Shown piece by piece: positions 37,711-41,171 of a DNA stretch of 41,171 nucleotides. Where the stretch lies: positions 1-41,171 of the forward strand of contig CAUVFB010000001.1 in the NCBI GenBank assembly GCA_963551095.1, given 5' to 3'. The stretch comes from an uncultured Prevotella sp. (lineage in GTDB: Bacteria; Bacteroidota; Bacteroidia; Bacteroidales; Bacteroidaceae). Under the pieces are notes generated by a model. The model was not told where the DNA came from and made no database searches. It saw nothing but the letters and a program-made list of their open reading frames with translations. The position numbers and the translations under genes were made by a program. Within the stretch, counting starts at the first letter, position 1, and every line of letters begins with the position of its first letter.

Positions 37711-38481
37711 ATGTTTTTCGAATTCGGCATTAAGGACATCATTGATATAGTCCTCGTAGCTCTGATGCTATACTATAGTTACCGCTTGATGAAAGAGTCG
37801 CGGTCGCTGAACGTATTCTTCGGCATCATGGTCTTCATCATCGTGTGGCTCATTGTCAGTCAGGTGTTGGAAATGCGCCTGCTGGGCAGTGTCATGGACA
37901 AGCTCGTCTCGGTGGGAGTCATCGGACTCATCGTACTTTTCCAGGAAGAGATACGCCACTTCCTGTACAGTCTCGGTGCCCATCGCAAGCTGAAAGGACT
38001 GATTCAGCTCTTCACGGGAGCACACAAGATGGAAGCCGACAAAGAGGCAATCATGCCCATCGTGATGGCGTGTATGAGTCTGAGTCGCGGCAAGGTGGGT
38101 GCACTGATAGTAATAGAACGAGGTGTCAAGCTGCAAGACATCGTGGAGACGGGCGACCAGATAGATGCCCGCATCAACCAGCGGCTTATCGAGAACATCT
38201 TCTTCAAGAACTCTCCGCTCCACGACGGTGCGATGATTATCTCGAAGAAGCGCATCAAGGCGGCCGGTTGCATCCTTCCCGTGAGCCACAAACAGGACAT
38301 TCCCAAAGAACTGGGCTTGCGCCACCGTGCTGCCATGGGTATCTCACAGGATTCCGATGCTCTTGCCATCGTCGTATCGGAAGAGACCGGACGTATCTGT
38401 ACCGCGCTGCACGGAGAGTTCCAGCTGAGACTCTCGGCAGAGCAGTTGGAGAGCATTCTGACCAAGGAGATGATGGAGTAA
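37711..38481 (+). CDS. cdaA: Diadenylate cyclase (CdaA/DacA type)
   Basis: Three N-terminal hydrophobic segments; GALIVIER, SPLHDGA, LGLRHRAA, VSEETG. Confidence 0.95.
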   Translation: MFFEFGIKDIIDIVLVALMLYYSYRLMKESRSLNVFFGIMVFIIVWLIVSQVLEMRLLGSVMDKLVSVGVIGLIVLFQEEIRHFLYSLGAHRKLKGLIQLFTGAHKMEADKEAIMPIVMACMSLSRGKVGALIVIERGVKLQDIVETGDQIDARINQRLIENIFFKNSPLHDGAMIISKKRIKAAGCILPVSHKQDIPKELGLRHRAAMGISQDSDALAIVVSEETGRICTALHGEFQLRLSAEQLESILTKEMME

Positions 38482-38495
38482 AAGATAATAGACAA

Positions 38496-38879
38496 ATGTT
38501 ACAACGCGATTATATCATAAGACTTCTTCAGGAGTTTACGGCGGCAATAGCCAGATTCCTTGAAAAGAAAGAGAACAACAATACCGACGAACTGCGCGAC
38601 CTATACCGCCAATATGTAGGCGACTATGAACTGCTACGCAACTGTAGTGTAGACGAACTGTTGACCTACGCAGCAGAACAATGGAACGACGAAGAGCGGA
38701 TAGGCAAAATCGGCATGGTCGCAGAACTACTCTATGCCGAAGCGTTCACCACAACCTCGCTGATAAGGCACGTGCTGATGGAGAAATCCTACCGGCTCTT
38801 CGATTATATAGAAGGAAAGGACAAGGTATTCTCTATCGAACGCAGACAGAAAATGGCTGCCATCCGCTCAAATATATAG
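38496..38879 (+). CDS. Hypothetical helical protein (127 aa)
   Basis: ATG 14 nt after the cdaA stop; MLQRDYIIRLLQEF...; the longer ORF-track version overlaps cdaA out of frame. Confidence 0.8.
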   Translation: MLQRDYIIRLLQEFTAAIARFLEKKENNNTDELRDLYRQYVGDYELLRNCSVDELLTYAAEQWNDEERIGKIGMVAELLYAEAFTTTSLIRHVLMEKSYRLFDYIEGKDKVFSIERRQKMAAIRSNI

Positions 38880-38945
38880 ATATAAAACTTTGCCGTTCAC
38901 TATCTTTTGGCTACATTTGTGCCGACGAAATCTAAAACAAACATT

Positions 38946-40238
38946 ATGCTTGAGAAAAACATCAGAGAACAGATTGTCAGACTGATACAGCAGCAGGTGG
39001 TACCTGCCGTAGGCTGTACAGAACCTATGGCGGTAGCCCTCTGCACCGCCCGAGCAACAGAAATACTCGGCAGACGCCCGGAGAAGATCAACCTACAACT
39101 TTCGGCAAACATCCTGAAGAACGCCATGGGTGTAGGGATTCCAGGAACGGGGATGATCGGTCTGCCCATCGCCGTATCGTTGGGAGCACTGATAGGCAAA
39201 TCGGAATACAAACTCGAGGTGATCAAGGATCTTACGCCTGAAACGCTTGAGAAAGGGAAACGGTATATGGCCGACGGGCATATCTCCATCAGCCTGAAAA
39301 TGAACATCACTGAAAAACTGTATATCGAGGTCGACTGCGAGGCTGACGGACATCACGCCACCACCATCATCTCGGGAAGCCACACTCACTTCGTCTTCGA
39401 ACGATTGGACGACAAGGTACTGCTCGACTGCAACGCTGCTGGGAGCAACACGGAGCAAGTACAACAGCCCGAACTCAACCTACAGACCGTATGGGAGTTT
39501 GCCACAACAACTCCCGTCGACGAGATTAAGTTCATCACCGAAGCCAAACGCTACAACCTTAGAGCTGCCGCTGAATCGCAAAAGGGCAACTACGGCCACT
39601 GCCTCGGTAAAGTGATGGATCGTCCGCTCAGCCGCGGTATCTTCGGCGACAGCATCTACTCGCACATCATAGCCAAGACCGCATCAGCCTGTGATGCCCG
39701 TATGGGAGGCGCGCTGATTCCCGTCATGAGCAACAGCGGGTCGGGAAACCAAGGCATCTGCGCCACCAATCCCGTGGCAGTATTTGCCAAAGAAAACAAG
39801 AATACGCCCGAAGAACTCATCCGAGCACTGACGCTCAGCCATCTGACGGCCATCTATATCAAGCAGAGCCTGGGAACATTGTCGGCTCTCTGCGGATGCG
39901 TGGTGGCAAGCATCGGCTCTACCTGCGGCATCACCTACCTGATGGGAGGCAGCTACGCCAATGTCTGCTATGCCGTAAAGAATATGATTGCCAACATTAC
40001 GGGTATGATTTGCGACGGTGCCAAGCCCAGCTGCTCACTCAAGATTTCCTCGGGCGTCTCCACTGCCGTACTTTCGGCCACGCTGGCAATGGAGGGCAAG
40101 TACGTAACAGCTGCTGAAGGAATCATCGACGACGATGTCGACCGCTCCATACGCAATATGACCAGTATCGGAAAGAACGCCATGTGTGCCACCGACGATA
40201 TGGTACTGAATATCATGACCCACAAGGGAGACTGCTGA
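38946..40238 (+). CDS. Serine dehydratase alpha-like / L-cysteine desulfidase (YhaM/CyuA, UPF0597) family
   Basis: PAVGCTEP, KNAMGVGIPGTG, DARMGG, SNSGSGNQG, LSALCGC, GMICDGAKPSC; TACATTTG upstream at 38912-38919. Confidence 0.9.
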   Translation: MLEKNIREQIVRLIQQQVVPAVGCTEPMAVALCTARATEILGRRPEKINLQLSANILKNAMGVGIPGTGMIGLPIAVSLGALIGKSEYKLEVIKDLTPETLEKGKRYMADGHISISLKMNITEKLYIEVDCEADGHHATTIISGSHTHFVFERLDDKVLLDCNAAGSNTEQVQQPELNLQTVWEFATTTPVDEIKFITEAKRYNLRAAAESQKGNYGHCLGKVMDRPLSRGIFGDSIYSHIIAKTASACDARMGGALIPVMSNSGSGNQGICATNPVAVFAKENKNTPEELIRALTLSHLTAIYIKQSLGTLSALCGCVVASIGSTCGITYLMGGSYANVCYAVKNMIANITGMICDGAKPSCSLKISSGVSTAVLSATLAMEGKYVTAAEGIIDDDVDRSIRNMTSIGKNAMCATDDMVLNIMTHKGDC

Positions 40239-40257
40239 CGGAACCCTTTTGGTCATT

Positions 40258-40293
40258 CAACAAGCCTTGTTCGTTTGCGAACAAGGCTTGTTG
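40258..40293. repeat. Perfect 16-bp inverted repeat between convergent genes
   Basis: CAACAAGCCTTGTTCG-TTTG-CGAACAAGGCTTGTTG. Confidence 0.85.
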
Positions 40294-40371
40294 GTTGTAC
40301 CGGCAAGCCTTGCCGTCCGGATGAGAGACACGAAGTCGGAACTGAGATGAAGAGAAATGCACAAAAAGATG

Positions 40372-41124
40372 CTACACAGCTGTTTTCCATCGCCCGACGG
40401 TAAAAGGAAGATAGCGATAAATCAGCCACACAAGGAAAGTTGTGCTGACCCATACCAAAACGTAGGCAACAAGCACATAGAGATAGTTTCCCGTATAGAC
40501 GAATCCCATCCGGTGCATCAAGGCTGATACGGTCAGGGGAACACCGCCGCACAAGAAATAATAAACGAGACTATGGCTGCCCGTCCATTCGACAGGGCGG
40601 AGAAAGCGAAAACGGGGAAACTGGCGGAAGAGAGAAACCAGGAAAAGCACCGAGATCAGCATATTAACGACAAAAACAATCCAGTTAGAAACGCAGACAG
40701 GCTCTACGAGCAAACTGACCCCAGCATAGCTGACATACACCTTTATCGCCATCCAAAGCACAAAGAGCAGGCATGTACAGCGTAGCGTATCAAAACGGGC
40801 GAAGAACGCTTCCCGTTTCTGGTAGAGAAATCCAAGGTATAAAACGGGAAAAGCCATACAGGCATTATCCAATTGCCAGTATAACGCGCATTGCATATGG
40901 GACAGCCAACCACACAACAACAAAGAAAAGAGAGCCGCCACGGACAGCATCCACTCCCTGCCGCGGCTTATCCACAGCAACAGCGCGAAGACCGTCTCTG
41001 CCACAATGAGTGCTGCGATAAACCAAGAGGCTTGTCCTGTAACTACAGACAGCAGTGTATGGCTTATCGGCAGACCGTGCGCCAATGCTTTGGGAAAAGC
41101 AATGGCCGTGGTAAAGATAAGGTA
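40372..41124 (-). pseudogene. Acyltransferase-3 family membrane protein, 5' part disrupted or missing
   Basis: Multi-TM frame with YLIFTT..., SWFIAAL, G(S)HSLVYY; in-frame TAA at 41157-41155 and stops in the other two minus frames; no ATG upstream of the family-like segment. Confidence 0.6.
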
Positions 41125-41171
41125 GGAGACCGACTGTTCAACTATGACAGAGCTTTAACAACCGAGCTGAT

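Noticed and set aside
37845..38495. Long ORF overlapping cdaA and in frame with the downstream gene (possible frameshift fusion)
   Set aside because: The overlapping part is not protein-like, cdaA is intact, and the downstream gene has its own ATG at 38496

Overview
Chromosomal segment of a Bacteroidota bacterium, most likely Prevotella/Prevotellaceae (TAnnTTTG -7 promoter elements, Bacteroidales gene order, a T9SS-type C-terminal domain). The backbone is housekeeping: apt (5'-partial), uvrC, dtd, a MazG-like gene, deoC, a polyprenyl synthase, polA, greA, a HIT gene, argS, RNase H, leuS, yitT, rdgB, mutS, upp, a TGS-domain nucleoside kinase, a Na/Pi cotransporter, comM/yifB, tRNA-Leu(TAA), folP, cdaA, a YhaM/CyuA-type dehydratase and a disrupted acyltransferase. 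Accessory-looking genes are interspersed: a CPBP protease, a secreted Ig-like protein, an HU-wHTH protein, a secreted alpha/beta hydrolase, and a membrane wHTH regulator next to an outer-membrane beta-barrel. I found no transposase, integrase, cas gene or CRISPR array. The most unusual signal is non-coding. Two related arrays of palindromic TTATCA-N6-TGATAA units with an exact 22-bp period lie 25 kb apart and appear mutually inverted. Other ~22-bp-period repeats occur, including one in the leader of the HU-wHTH gene, and a 41-bp hairpin-bearing tandem array shows strict A/G alternation. Also present are a near-consensus parS site, a terminator-like hairpin in the greA leader and an OmpR/PhoB-type direct-repeat box. 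All calls are by eye, without database searches.
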